DNA of 62,357 bases, the filler included, from Rhabdomonas costata (lineage: Eukaryota), in NCBI GenBank assembly GCA_019059605.1. It is 28 parts of 28 records of this genome, joined end to end, with 100 filler letters (N's around TTAATTAATTAA, not from the genome) between each part and the next. Parts side by side here need not be neighbours in the genome. Positions count along the whole stretch, not along the records: positions 11,160 to 13,291 come from JAHMHO010005405.1; positions 13,392 to 15,523 come from JAHMHO010005406.1; positions 15,624 to 17,755 come from JAHMHO010005407.1; positions 17,856 to 19,987 come from JAHMHO010005408.1; positions 20,088 to 22,218 come from JAHMHO010005409.1; positions 22,319 to 24,449 come from JAHMHO010005410.1; positions 24,550 to 26,679 come from JAHMHO010005411.1; 21 more parts are not named here. One strand, 5' to 3'. Position 1 is the stretch's first letter. Each line of letters starts with the position of its first letter. The notes under the pieces were generated by a model, which did no database searches, was not told the origin of the DNA, and saw nothing but the letters and a program-made list of their open reading frames with translations. Shown piece by piece: positions 12,971 to 26,679 of this stretch. The translations under genes were made by a program, and so were the position numbers.

Positions 12971-13459
12971 TGCAATGAAAAAGCATACTCTAGGGCACAT
13001 CGACACAACAAACACCAATCTGATAAGGTTCAAACGCGGAGCTTCACGGCTGCACCGAAGGCGAAGGCGGTGCGGGGCAATTTTTTCGGAAGGGAACCGT
13101 GTTAAACGGGGTGGCATGAAACTAGGACATTGGTGGTTTGCCTGAGAATTTCTAATGGACTATTTTGGTAGGAACTAGTTTCCTCTCAAGCTTTTGCGGA
13201 CAGTGGTTTTATTTTCCTTCGTCCCCCCCCCCCCCACAAAAAAATGCATTGGAAACCAACGAAGGTATTTGCAAAGTCGCAACACCACACANNNNNNNNN
13301 NNNNNNNNNNNNNNNNNNNNNNNNNNNNNNNNNNNTTAATTAATTAANNNNNNNNNNNNNNNNNNNNNNNNNNNNNNNNNNNNNNNNNNNNGGTTTTTAT
13401 TTGTGAAATTTCTTTCCTTGCACTTACTTTCTTGCTCGATTTCTGATTCCTTTCCACAG

Positions 13460-14261
13460 GGTGACATGGAGAAGGTGTTCAACGCCGTGGGTGTGATTCA
13501 CCCACCCCGGATCAACTCTGATGGAGCTCTTTTGATGACCAAAGGGGAGCTCCGGTACTTGGCCAACGTAGGTCCGTGTTGGGTGCTTGCCCTGTTCTGG
13601 CTATCGCTATGCGCGGGCAAGTTTTCGAAGGAGTCGGACAAATCCTCTGCTACCCGCGGCCTTTGCTTCAGTACATTTTTCTCAGGTCGAAATGTTGGTC
13701 TAATTGTTTGAATGTTGGTCTATTGTTTGTGCGATTTATCGCTCATATTCTCGCAATGGCTAAAATTTCAGTGAACCAGAACAAGAAAATGCAGTGGTCA
13801 TAGCAGTTGGGATCTCTGTGTTGCCAGCATAGAATATTATTGTTAGTTTTTGTGCTAATGACCATTACCTTCCGATTATATGGTGCATTGGGGTGTGCGC
13901 GTGTATGTCTGCGTGGGTTCTGCAGACATCTTCCGGACTTGCGTTCTGTGGAGACTGTTTGCAGATCAGAACATGATCTACAACCCAAAGTTCAAGCCTC
14001 CCACGCCCCTGAGTGCGCCGAAACATTAACAGTGCGTCTCTCTGGGGAGTGATATCGGTGGCCCGGCCCCGGGACAGAGTGCTTTCGAGCAGTGATGTAC
14101 TTATACATGGACGGGATTATGTCAAATGCGCACTATGTTCTTTACTTGCCGCTGTAATTTTTTTTTGCCTTGTGCATTGCAGGTTTCAACGAAGCTCGTC
14201 ACGGGGCTTTTGAACCCCATAGGCTCACATGCCCTTGAACGGGTGAAAGGTCGTTAAAGGT
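13460..14261 (+). CDS. Probable short exons of a hypothetical protein (13460-13567, ~14183-14242)
   Basis: AG-flanked open blocks GDMEKVFNAVGVIHPPRINSDGALLMTKGELRYLAN|gtaggt and VSTKLVTGLLNPIGSHALER|gtgaaa. No family recognised. Confidence 0.4.
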
Positions 14262-16128
14262 CGTTAATTACTTTGTCTCCGTTAAACTATTCTAGCCCCT
14301 TAAGAATGGTGTTCTTTCAAATGTTTGCACCGATTGTTTTCGGGGACTTTCCCCTGTAGAAGTATTAACGCACAAGAAGGTGAAGCCGAAACCGGCCCCT
14401 GACTTTTGTATTTGCAGTGGGTCTCCGGAAACGGTGCTTGGCCGGTCCTCTTTCTTATATTTCTCCAATCTTGTACCGCTTGTTTCTCCGGCGCAGCAAA
14501 GGGTTTATTGACGCCACCCTCAACGTGTATACAAAGAACCCACCTGCCTCCTCTTGATTTCGTCGAATTCGCGAATGTTACTGCTCTTCTGACGTATTCT
14601 GATTCTGATGTCTCTGGAGCACCCCCCCCCCCTATACTGATATCACCACCACAATTGACCAGAGACCAGCACAGCACAACAAAAGAGAAACTGTGACGTG
14701 AAAGACTAAAAGTTGGTTGAGAGAAATATATCTGTACGGTGCGGGCACAGCAACGCACTTAGTTGCTAGTCAAGTTGGCTTTTGCCACCAACGCCAGCGC
14801 AGCGTCAGCGTGGCGGTTGTCTGCGGTAAGTGTGCTTTGGCCAATCTTCGTCCTTTTTGAAGTGCAGTGGGATTGACTGTTTCTCCAATCGTTTGAAAGA
14901 TTCAGGAGAACGGGTTGACGTATGACACCCAGCTCATTTCGTGGATTGTGTCGCATTTTGGTAGGCATATCTTCTGCAGTTTGAATTTGATATGACTTTG
15001 CTTTTTTGATTTCCTGTGTGTTTGTGCTCTGCCTTGTCGCGTCTTTTTTTTTGGTCCCGAATGCCTCTTCCTCCTCTCCGGGCGAAAGCAAAGGCCTCCG
15101 CGACGTCCCGTGGAGGTGGAGGAGCGGATCCTCACTGCACCAACGCTCCGTCCCACCCCCAGGGTGGTCTTCTTCCGCCTCTTCGCCCTCACGGAAGGTG
15201 AGTTGCTTGCATTGAAACTGAGGGGTGATAACTCTGATGTGCTAGCATATGGAAATCGATGTTGATTGATCTGTTGATAGGTTCTACGTGTGTTAGAAGG
15301 GGAGTGTTCATGCGCCGAAAACTGAGTACTGGGTTAGTGTTAATGTAAATGCATTTGCGGTGAAGGAGGGATTGCTCTTTTGCTATCATGTGTCATTTTG
15401 CATGTCCATTGTCCAAATCTCTTCTTTATATCTGTGGTGGTTGCTCTTTGACGTCAATGACAATTGATTCGTGACTATCGTCAGCCTGCGCCGGCATAAG
15501 AAACATTTATGCCCACACCCCCCNNNNNNNNNNNNNNNNNNNNNNNNNNNNNNNNNNNNNNNNNNNNTTAATTAATTAANNNNNNNNNNNNNNNNNNNNN
15601 NNNNNNNNNNNNNNNNNNNNNNNGGGGTGTGTGGATTCGAGCCGATTTCGGTCCATGACAGTATCCGAACCAGTGTTTACCCTCGGTGGCTTTGTGTCTT
15701 GTGAACCATCACCTCCATCCCAGTGCTCCCTGATTTGGGCTTAGGAAGTGCTCGAAGAGTTTGGAACAATGCGGTAAGTCTTGCTGTGCAGTTCCCAGAA
15801 GTAATATTACTTGAGAAGTGGTTTTCTGCTTGGTATATTTGTTGCAGTGCGTGGGGCTGAAAATGTGTGTCCCGACCCCCATGTCACACGGCCCTGTTCT
15901 CTGATCCCTCTTGTTTTTCGCCTGGCAAACTTGAATAACGACTCTTTTTGTTTCAAATGGAGACGTTTTTTCTGGGAAGCAGCGGAGGGATTCAGGACCA
16001 TACAGCTGCATGCTGCCAGAAAGTGCGCAACCTCCATTTCAGCGCATTGCATATATCGTACCTTCCCAAGAGCCGGAATGTTGCGTTTCTCATTTGCAAC
16101 TGTTCCACTGCTTCGGTTTTTGCACCAG

Positions 16129-17755
16129 ATTATGTGGACTTCTGAGGTGAACAATGTGTTCCAGATGCTCTCCGAAGGGAACGAGAATGCAATGAAGGTA
16201 GCCGGGTGCTGGGCTTTGCGCACTCTGCAGCTCACCTCCTTTCTCTCCTTCTTCCTCGGTGAGTTCATGAACACATCAGACTCCGGTGCATCTGCCATGT
16301 CTTTCCATCATTTTTTGATAAACGAAATGTGTTCTTCGCGCAACCGTCATTGAATTATTAAAACGAGTATTTTCTCTCGGCCTGTAATAATACCAATCCT
16401 TCGTACTAATCTCTGACACCAAGCGCTCCATCAGCTTTCAAGCCCTCAGTCGTCAAGCTCCGGTTCACCCTTACTCGATAGGATCTATAAGATATCGGTC
16501 TGTTCGTAATCAGCGTCTTAGGCGCAGGTTGGCGCAAGCTTCCCTCCACCTTCCACAGGATTACCGCCGCAAGCAAGACGACCAGCTCTCCCTCCTGGTG
16601 ACCCTTCTGCACGGCCAGCTGACCCCTACGGAGAGGCAAAAGCTGATGAACCTGGTCACTCTCACCGTGCACGGCCGTGACATGGTCTCTGAGCTGATTG
16701 ACTCTGGAGTGGACTCGGAGACTGGGTTTGCGTGGCAAAGACAGCTGAGGCAGCGCTGGGACGAAAAGCGGCGGGCCTGTGTCCTGGAGATCTGCGATGC
16801 CTCGTTCTGGTCTGTCTCAGGCCCCCCCCCTTTCACTCTTCCATCTGCATCAGTACCATCTGAATTTTTTTCTTGATTCTCGTTTGATGGTTTTCTTCTT
16901 ATCCGTTTTCTGTCCTGCATTTGGGCTTTTGGGTTTGGCCGAAAGAGTGCGCGTGGCGTCGTGGGGTGTTAATACGTTTGGTGTACATCTTTGGAGGGGG
17001 GGGGGGCTTGGCAGGTACGGCAACGAGTACCTGGGCAACGGCCCTCGGCTGGTGATAACTCCACTGACGGACCGAATTTACGTCACATTAACTCAGGCGC
17101 TGCACCTCAAGCTGGGTGGATCCCCTATCGGCCCCGCGGGCACAGGTGGGGGTCCTTCTGTGGTGTTTGATGTGCAAGTGATGCCTTGCTCCACTCGTAC
17201 GATAAATCAACGGCTAACGCGTCATTACCACCTGTGCATGCTTCATTCTCTCCTACATTCTCATGGAACCCTTGACCACAAGTAGGCAACGACCGCACGA
17301 GCTCCTTTGGCACCTCGTCCTCCGTACGGACCGTTACACCGACATGGTCTTTATGAAAAGTGCTATGCAACGTGCTCTTGCAAGGACATTCACTCTTGGC
17401 AGTTTCCTCTGCAGTGATGGATAGGTCTTTTTAATTTCTCCGGGGGGTGCAGGGAAGACGGAGACTACCAAGGACTTGGCCAGTCACATGGGCAAGGCGG
17501 TGTACGTCTTCAACTGCTCGGAGCAGATGACCAGCAAGTCCATGGCGAACATCTTCAAGGGCCTGGCCTCCAGTGGGACCTGGGGGTGCTTCGACGAGTT
17601 CAGCCGCATCGCCGTTGAGGTGCTTAGTGTGGTCTCCGTGCAGCTCAAGGTGGTGCTCGACGCGATCCGCGCAGCCAGGCCCACTTTCGCGCTGGACCGC
17701 GACGAGCTCACCCTGGACCCCACCTGCGCGGTGGTGGTGACGCTGAACCCCAACA
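16129..17755 (+). CDS. Axonemal dynein heavy chain, outer-arm beta type (DNAH9/11/17-like), linker-AAA1 region, partial; exons 16129-16197, 16559-16809, 17015-17145, 17453-17755
   Basis: Spliced IMWTSEV...[14 protein letters not shown]...QRWDE...[27 protein letters not shown]...[14 protein letters not shown]...VFNCSEQM...WGCFDEF. Three in-phase GT-AG introns. Confidence 0.96.
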
Positions 17756-18857
17756 NNNNNNNNNNNNNNNNNNNNNNNNNNNNNNNNNNNNNNNNNNNNT
17801 TAATTAATTAANNNNNNNNNNNNNNNNNNNNNNNNNNNNNNNNNNNNNNNNNNNNGTGTTGGTGTGTTTGGGTGGCGCTGTATCACCCCCACCTCCACCC
17901 CTGCAATGGAGTGGCGAGCTGTGGGCCTGCGAGATTGCGGCGCGGCTTTGCACGGAGTCTTACAGGGCGCGGTCTCGGAGAAGTCAGATGGATATACCAC
18001 CGTGATCAGCTCCTCCACAGTCTCGAAGGTGTCGGCCTGCGCGGCACCAAGAAGGGACAACTCCAGTAAAGATGATGTGACGCCTTTTCTGGAATTCGCG
18101 GTGCCTCCTGGTCATCAGTCCTCACCAAGGCATTGTAATTTTTCGAACATCTCATATATCTGCCCCTTCTGTTAGTTCCGCGCGCGTTTGGGCGCCCGAA
18201 CCTACCCTGTTGCTATTGCCGTTAATATTCTCATCGGCGCAAGAGCAATTTTTTGGGGGACACAGTCCTTATGGGAGTCAACCGGCACACCTCAGCTTGA
18301 ATAGGGGTAGGTCCACGGATGCCAGAGACTTCGCGGTCAAGTACCGCTGGACTCCAGCGGGACCCGAGCTCGCCGGACGCGCTTACCCTATGACGAAGCC
18401 ATCCGTAAAAACCAAACCTTCCCACTGGCCAGGTGAGTTTCACTTACCCTTTCACCTTCTCTGTGTTGACGTTGAATTAAGTGCCTATTTTTTCGGATTG
18501 GTACCCAGACAAAGCCGTTGTTCTGCTTTTTCTTACGCGGCAGTTGGCGTGACAGCCATCTCACTCAATGCTCACTTAATATAATCATCATAATGGGGGT
18601 GGTGGGGATTCACTTATCATTCTAGATCCCCCTCCCCCATTTACAACGTGGGAGCTGGACCGGTGGCATTGACTCACGATTCTCAACGATTCAAACATTT
18701 CGGAAAAGGAGAGAGAGCGGAGACCCTATCCAACTTCCAACTGGCTGAGCTTGGGGTTGTGTCAAACTAACCAATCTTCCATTCGCCCCCCTCTCTCCCA
18801 TCCTTGCTTTCTACTCCTTGCTTGAGGCTTTCTGTGAGTGGGGCAGAAAAAAAAGGC

Positions 18858-19225
18858 ACCTGCACCAGGACGCGGATCTCGCCCACCTCCACCTCCACAA
18901 GCATGCACAGCAGGGACGGGGGCTGGATCCCATCCTCTGGGTCCTCCTCCAGGTTCTCCCCGCGGAGCACCGATCGCAACGCGTCCTGCGTATCTCGGGT
19001 GACTTCCTCCAAGGCGATTTGGATATTGCGCACCAGCGCTGCCTGAGCAGTCTCCACCAGAGCTGTGTGCTTTGGGTCGGGATGGACTTCAGCAAGCGCG
19101 CTCCCGCTGCTGCAACTGCTCAGGCAGGGACGAGTCTCGTCCTGGGCAAGTCTCGACGCCTTGGCAGGGACCTCCCCATCGTCCTCTGTACATACTTGGC
19201 GAGAGTTCTTTCTTTTTTTTTTCAT
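18858..19225 (-). CDS. Probable exon of a hypothetical protein
   Basis: GC-rich open frame MKKKRKNSRQ...LCMLVEVEVGEIRVLVQ ending at CAG|GTGCCT. No family recognised. Confidence 0.4.
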
Positions 19226-21170
19226 CGTGACCGAGAAAAAAAACGCCAGACAAAAAGCAACAGAAACAAAGCGAAGTAAAAAATACAGCCACTCCAAACG
19301 AAAGAAGCAAGCAATGCGCAACACGTCCAGTAAAATACTCGTGTTTTTGCACATACAGTATACGGTATAAATGATATTGTACTGCAAAAAAATGATGTTG
19401 TACTGAATAATATGTTTTTAATAATTTGTTAATTTACGAACAAAAACAAAAGGCAAAATTTTCCGAAAAGGAAAACTCTAAACTCTATCTCAGAAATGCG
19501 TGAACTTTCCTGACTCAATAATCCCTCATCAAACAAAAACAGGGCGTCCACACACAAACAAACAAACTGTGTGTGAATATTGCACGCTGGTTATATCCTG
19601 TCCATATCACATAAAGTAACACTACTGCAGGAAAAGGTCACAAATACCTAAACAAATACAAAGACCCTATGCTCTTGCGTAGTGCCTGGGGGTGCATTAT
19701 ACTCAACAGGCTTTTTACACCTTTGCAGATATCCCACCTGAGCATCTATGCCCCCGATAGAGCTTCGCTGGTGCCGTTGAACCCTGGCAAGAGCTTTCCC
19801 TCGTTGGTGGACCTCGTTTCCCTCATCTCGCCCACCTCGAGAAACTCATTACCTTTTCTGGTATCAAATGTGACGTATATTTCTGGTACAGACAGTTGAC
19901 AAATGATGGTTGGAAAATAATCATCCCACCAGATTGTCAGCCTCTGAATGAATTTGCAAAACAATTCACAGCAGGTCAAAACAACACNNNNNNNNNNNNN
20001 NNNNNNNNNNNNNNNNNNNNNNNNNNNNNNNTTAATTAATTAANNNNNNNNNNNNNNNNNNNNNNNNNNNNNNNNNNNNNNNNNNNNGGTTTTTGGGCCT
20101 GAGTACTGTGAAATCTGTGATTATCCACAAGACCTTCGTCAGGCGTGTCACCTGCAAAGAGTGGAAGAGTCTATTTGTGGCGTTCGGTTGAGCTCGTTTC
20201 TCATACCAACAAAGCAAAATTTGCGGACAGGTGACGAAGAGGGGAGGGGAGGGGGCGACCGCCACATTATCTGAGCCAAAGCCATCAATACTTCCCATTG
20301 CAGAGGGTGTTGCAACCACTCACAGTTCGGGACGATTCCCTGCAGCTTTCTCCGGAATTCCAGGCAGACAGCCAGCGCGAACCGTCGTCGTACCCACAAG
20401 TGCTTTTTGAAGGGTAACTTGGTAAAGGTAAACGCAGTGACAGTCTGCTCAAGGTGGGATTCTCATGAGTTTACCGTTGTATTGTCCACCTCCATTGGTG
20501 GTTAGTCAATGCACTGCATGAGAGAAAGTGAGGGAGAGATGTCACAGCCAACGGGCCTCCAACTTTTCCCGCATGGGACTAGGACCAGAACGCCCCATCA
20601 GAGTTTTGATGATGGGGATGGGGCCCAATGACAGTTGAGGGGGGCGGGTGATGGTTACCACCATGGTGAAAGAAAACGGCAATCTGGAAATGGCTTTATT
20701 TTTTGGGGTTAGGGGGTTAGGTAAGCTTTTCCATTGCCCCTTAGATGAATTTTTTTGCTTGCCAATGGCTGGGACATGGGCGGACGAGTAGGACAGCGTT
20801 AGTTTTGGAGCGAAGGCCAACGCCCGGCCGGAGCGGGTGGCTGGGGCAGGGACGTGACCTGGGGGCCCTTTAACAACATTTTTAAATATGCCCCATTGTA
20901 AAAATTGTTACCACTGGTAAAGGTTATCACTAGTACCCGTTTTCAGTCCCCCCGCCCCCAACCTCCGGGGATGGGGATTGGAATAAAGACCTTCATGCGC
21001 CATGCACCAGGGCCGAATGAGCGCGAAGGGTGGGAGATCCAGAAAACTTGTTTGGAAGGATCTCAAGTCTTGTGCATCAAAGTCCTGTGGAGCGCAGCAC
21101 TGAGGAGGAAAAAACCTTCTCCCTGGAAAATGTCTCAGTGCCACTTCTCCGCGCGGTGTGTTCCGCGCAG

Positions 21171-21351
21171 GTTCCTGATGCGGGACTTCAGCCATGTGTT
21201 GTACCTCGACCCTGCGGTGCTGCGGCCGCTTCCCGAGGCGGTGGCGGCGGGGTGGCTGGACCGCGTGGTGTCCTCACTGCCCTGTGAGCGGCGGTGCAAG
21301 CACTTCTTGAGGGGACCCACAAAGGCCTGCGTGGAGGCGGCGACCAGCGCG
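21171..21351 (+). CDS. Probable exon of a hypothetical protein
   Basis: cag|G acceptor and GC3-rich FLMRDFSHVLYLDPAVLRPLP... The right boundary is approximate. Confidence 0.4.
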
Positions 21352-23357
21352 GTGCTGCTGCGTTGTGTGCCTTTCGCGCTGTTGTGATTTTTTGTTCATC
21401 TCTATGAGGTGGCTCTTATTTCTGTTGTATTGACTATATTCACTGTTTTCGTTCCTGATATTTGGATCAACAGTGCTGAGCACCCAGGCTGCGCGCGTCT
21501 TGACTAGCACCCCATTTGTTCTTCCCCTTTTCTTTCCCGTTTTCCCCCTTCTCCGTCTCTGCGCACAACCATATACAACCATATACAAACTTAAACACTG
21601 TCCCCAGTCATCCAAACAAGTGCTGATTGTTTTTGCCGTTACCGAGTTTTTGATGTACAGCTCGGTTGGTTTATTTCAGAGGCGGAGGCCAGCTTGCGGT
21701 GCGGCCGCTGCGGGCGGCTGGTGGGGATGTTCCACGGGGTGGGGTGATGCTCCGCCGGTAAACCTTAAATGACCCACACCCACGTTCTTCGAAACTCTTT
21801 TGCATCGCCTACTAACTCCTCCTGCACGTTTCCTCGAATGTCCATGTGAATTTGGTGCCGCCGGATGGACTTGCGTATTTCAAGGCTCGCAGGATGGACG
21901 AGCACCGAGTCGTGAGGCACTGAGGCTCCCTGTGGTCACCGTTGCACCGTTGCGGGGTGTGATGCTCACAGGTTGCCGTGCTGGGCGTGTACTGCTTGTC
22001 CGCCTTCACGGCCAGCCCCTTGCGAGACACCCGGCTGGACAGCAACCCGAACTGCGTCTACCCCTACCGCAGCTCTCACCACCATACCTGGGTGACTCAA
22101 CCGCACACCCCGCCCCGCTCGCTTCTGTGACCGTGGATCCAGTGGCGCACCCGCCACCGCAACCTGAACTCACCACCACCCTTGTACAATAGCCCAACCC
22201 CACCAAACACACCAACAANNNNNNNNNNNNNNNNNNNNNNNNNNNNNNNNNNNNNNNNNNNNTTAATTAATTAANNNNNNNNNNNNNNNNNNNNNNNNNN
22301 NNNNNNNNNNNNNNNNNNGGGTGTTTATACCATTACGCCATCACGAGTGAGTACAGATTCGATTCCTAGTTCGGTGCCCCACAGTCCGTCGTTGTATGTT
22401 CCAATGTTCACACCCAACTGAGCGGGTGTGATTATGGGTGAATCATTCTGTTTTCGCAGGGACCCAAAGACCGGATCATCCTTTGGTCATTGGATATACG
22501 TTTGCAGTACCCACATGTGCGCCAAAAACCACAGTGTCACAGCAATTAGATAGGCTCATACAGCAATACAGTTTCACGGGAGGAATAAGTGAGTGTACCC
22601 GAGTGACCATGGAACAACAAAAGATGCCCGCCGACGATCCACCGCGACCATTTCACCCCTAGCTTGCTTCTGCCGAAGTCGAGCACAGAGGAGCGGGATG
22701 GACCCCGGGTGACTCTCTGCTTCCGGACCATTCAGCACCCTTGCCACAGAAGACAGAAGCTCGCTCGAAGCTGGGGACAGAGCCGCAGTGTTTGGTCATG
22801 AACCACAAGCCACCCAATAGCATACAGCTTTTCCCTTCCAGGGAGTACAAGTGCACTGTACCAAGAGTTATGCGGGGGTGTGGCGAAGCCTGGACCGTCT
22901 CTGGTGGTGGGTTCCCTCCGAGGTTCGATTCCCCTAGGGGCCCGATACGGAAGCCCCTAGCTTTGACCTGTTCGCACCCACTGATTTTTTCTGAACTCCT
23001 TCCCCCCGGGCCTCTCTCCCTCTGGCCTTCACTCACCCTAAGTAGCCGAAATAGGATCGCAAAGATTTTGGACTCCTGCATACAGCACATCACATTCGCT
23101 TCTTCGCCACTACCATATGACCCATTGATGTCAAGCCAGAAGCTTATTTTGCTTCAATGGTCCAATCATTCCATCTTTATCTTCTGGTCTCTCGCGGGTT
23201 GATACAGGTACACTTCAAAAAAAGCCCCACCGCGCGTATTGTGGGGCATGGCATGTCGCTCGTCAAGATGTTCCAGTTAAGGCCGCCAGGAATTTTGCAA
23301 ACATGCGGGGTGTATCTGCATTTTATGCGTACATATTTCTTTGGTTGGGGGGAATAG

Positions 23358-23623
23358 GCTGCAGCAAGCCGAGGCCACGGTGCTGTCCGAGCACGGGCTG
23401 CAAGTCAGCCTGATGCAGGAGCTGCAGGGTATCACTGTCAGTGGGGCCTTCCTGACGGTTCTGAACGTCCGCGAGGCCGTGCCAAACTGCTGCGAGGGGA
23501 TTCGCCTGAACAACCGGTCGCCTCTGTCGCCTATACACACTCCTTTTGCTGGCCGGAGAGAGGTGCAGTGATGGGCGGCACAAACACTCAACATTGAAGT
23601 CTGGCTTTATGGACAGGCTCAAA

Positions 23624-23658
<35 letters not shown>

Positions 23659-23830
23659 TAATCATTCGAGATTTACTTGGGACCCCCCGCGTAAGCCATC
23701 TCGATATACACTCAACAACACGTGCTCACACGTACAACAGAGAAATGTGCTGTGCTGTTTTCCAGAGCATGGGACCAGCGCTTGCAAATGGCCGTCTCGG
23801 AGACATACAAGAAGCTGGACCCCTCAGCGG
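23358..23830 (+). CDS. Probable exons of a hypothetical protein (23358-23516, 23766-~23830)
   Basis: LQQAEATVLSEHGLQVSLMQELQG...CCEGIRLNNR|AWDQRLQMAVSETYKKLDP, joined in phase across a GT-AG intron. Confidence 0.5.
23626..23657. repeat. (ATCA)n microsatellite, intronic
   Basis: About 8 ATCA units. Confidence 0.9.
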
Positions 23831-24549
23831 CAGCATCTGCCGCCTCGCCGACAAGTCCAAGTCTGACCACTTGTCCCTCTGTCTCACTCCTCCTTTGCTC
23901 TTTTATGTAGTGTGTTACCATTGGGATTGGCTGGAGAAGTTCTAGTAAATGTGGAGGTTCGTAATGCCCACTGATAAGTAGAGCCTCATGCGGTGCGTAC
24001 TTCCAATCAACACAGTGGACTGTCGCAAAACACTTTTTGACTTGCGTCCTTTTACATTCACACTTGAGTGCTTCCTTCAGCTGCATGTACAGCTTATTCT
24101 CTGCCTTGTTTTCTAATGCAGGTCAATCCAAGGCTGCTGCGGCGACATCTCCGGTCTGTGTCTTGCCAAAAAAACCGTTCCTCAATGTTTTAATCTTGCT
24201 TGTTCGCAAGACGTGCATCAGTCTGGAGAGTTTATCTGCCTTCACGCCAGCTCTGAGCTTCGGTTTCTCCAGCCTCAACTCAGCAAGCCTTTTTAGAAAA
24301 TAGGGGGAATAAGGGGGAAAGAGTGGTCGCAAATTTTCTTCTTTTTCGTCTTCTTCAGCAGTCGGAGAAGGAGCCCGGTAGCAGTCGTGGTGACGAGGAA
24401 AGACGTGATGGTGTGTGTGCATGCATTTTGCAGAATTGTGAACACACAANNNNNNNNNNNNNNNNNNNNNNNNNNNNNNNNNNNNNNNNNNNNTTAATTA
24501 ATTAANNNNNNNNNNNNNNNNNNNNNNNNNNNNNNNNNNNNNNNNNNNN

Positions 24550-26634
24550 GGGTGTGGGGATACAAGCGCTGCTGTCAGTAGAGGTCCGTCGGCGGTCGAG
24601 TGGCATCGGGCACTCAGCTGCTTGAACATGAATAGATTCCTTTTCTTCTTCACGGGTGGAAAAATCGTGGAGCAGATCGTCCACCTCAGCAAGTGCAAGC
24701 AACTTGTTAGCAGGATATGATCTCTGTGAGATACGTAAGGACTCAGATATGGCTTGCGTAAAGGAAACGAGTTGCTCTGGACTGCACGGCTGAAATTGCG
24801 ATTCATCTTCGCTCGCTGCCTTGCCACATTCAGCAACGCTTTTCGAAACCTCGGGAGCAGTTACCTCGGGAGCCATTAGCTTTTCTGAGTTGTCCAGAGC
24901 TTCGCATGACCTTTTGACCTCACAAGGCTGTGCCGAGGCTGCCCTGACTGAAAAGCTTCCTTCAACCTTTGGGCTGCCAATCCATTCCGCATCCGTCGAA
25001 AAGCACCTGGTGCCGACAACTTCGCTCGACTCTGGTTTGGTCATTGAAATTCCGATATGGAAATAACCACTCGCAAAACCGTGGGAAAGTGTCCCCCAGT
25101 CACTCGCTTCCGCACGAACAAGCTCGCTGCGAACTTCGGCTTCACAAATCTGAAGCTCCCTGAGATCTCTTCTAAACTTCCACAGCGCCTCGTCGAGAAG
25201 CTCCTGTAAAAGTAGAGTGCAACAACGAAAAAAAAAACGAAGGACACTGCAAGAGAGCATCAGGCCACAACGCACACAAATCCGGGATGTGCAGCAATCG
25301 TTTTTCGATGCGCCATAAGTCAAGCTGTGGTCCCGAAGAGGCACGACCTTTTGTGATTTACAAACCTTTCCGGCATACGAAAACGTTTCTCTCACCAACC
25401 GATTATTTACCTGAAGCTAAGTTGTAATATGGCAAACCTTCTCCGCCCTCCGGTGAAGGGCTATTTCGGACTCCCTCTCCTCCGCTTTCACACGCTCCTG
25501 CTCCTCCAGTTCGTCCAGAGCTTGGCGCTGCGATCGGACAAGGGTTCGCCTCCCTTTCCTCTGATCGGCTTCAATCTGAAGGCGTTCCTCCTGCTCGCTC
25601 TGCGGACATACAAGAATGGTGGAGGTGCACCACCGCACACGAAACAGTTTGTTTTTCGTGCAGGACATCGCACGGGTAAAAGGGGATAGCCCGCACAGAC
25701 GGGAAGCCTCAGATGGGTTTCAGGGCTACGCCGTTAAAATTGCCCAAAAAGGTGAATGGGAAGGTACAGGTGTCGCAAAGTTCAATCCGCAGTATGGCTA
25801 CATACAGCCTCGTTGTGGTTGTGCATGGTCGTTCACGACAAGAGAACTTTACTTCACCCAGCAAAGGTGGCTGGGCGGTTTCCGCATTCGTTGCAAATTG
25901 CAGCGATGCGTGAATGGGGTAGTGAACAATTGCTTGTGTGGTGTTCCCCTACGCCACCACCCCTGCCCGCGACACATAGTTTCCGAGGTGAGAACTCTTT
26001 TTCCAGATTCAATATACTCACCCCCCCCCTTTTCGTTCACTGAAGCATTCATTCAACATTGTGGACCTTGTGCTTAAATGGCACAACAGCTACGGGGGAT
26101 CACAGCAGAAAGACGTGTCGCTGCAACCCCATAAAGCAAAGTACTCGACACACACATACACATTTACAAGTCCGGAAGGAAAATGTCAAGGCCATGCACA
26201 CCGTCGATAGCGTACTTTTACAAGAAGAGCACAAGCTCCCTCTAATCTATATAGTAATTTTGAAATTACTGGGTCGACAACGTTCGCGACACCTCCTCAT
26301 AATCCAGAACTGCAGAAGTGAGTTTTGGTTTGCGGTCGGGTGTGGCCGCTGCAATGAACATCACAAGCGCGCAAAACGCATTGCGTTGAGCTCAGCAACA
26401 AAAAGAAGTCCCGAGTCAAGAAAGATTTCTCTCTTCCTGACCGGCGAAAAAGAAACACCCGTGCGCTGCGGAACATCCGCACTCCGCACTCGCACTCACA
26501 GCTACCTCCTCAGTGGCCTCCCGCTCGCACCGCATCCGGGCTTGTGCCCTTCGCTCGCTGCGAACTTCGGCTTCACAAATCTGAAGCTCCCTGAGATCTC
26601 TTCTAAACTTCCACAGCGCCTCGTCGAGAAGCTC
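24550..26634 (-). CDS. Coiled-coil hypothetical protein, partial; exons ~26634-26506, ~25599-25438, ~25203-24550
   Basis: E/R/Q-rich helical exons bounded by CAG| and |GT: ELLDEALWKFRRDLRELQICEAEVRSE..., SEQEERLQIEADQRKGRR... Confidence 0.55.
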
Positions 26635-26679
26635 CTGTAAAAGTAGAGTGCAACAACGAAAAAAAAAAACGAAGGACAC
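25122..26679. repeat. Direct repeat of about 126 bp (25122-25247 and 26553-26679)
   Basis: The two copies are identical except for an A10 versus A11 run, with a 1431-nt offset. Confidence 0.95.

Noticed and set aside
20560..21035. Diverged inverted repeat suggested by similar ORF translations on opposite strands
   Set aside because: The nucleotide alignment is poor and driven by G/C runs.
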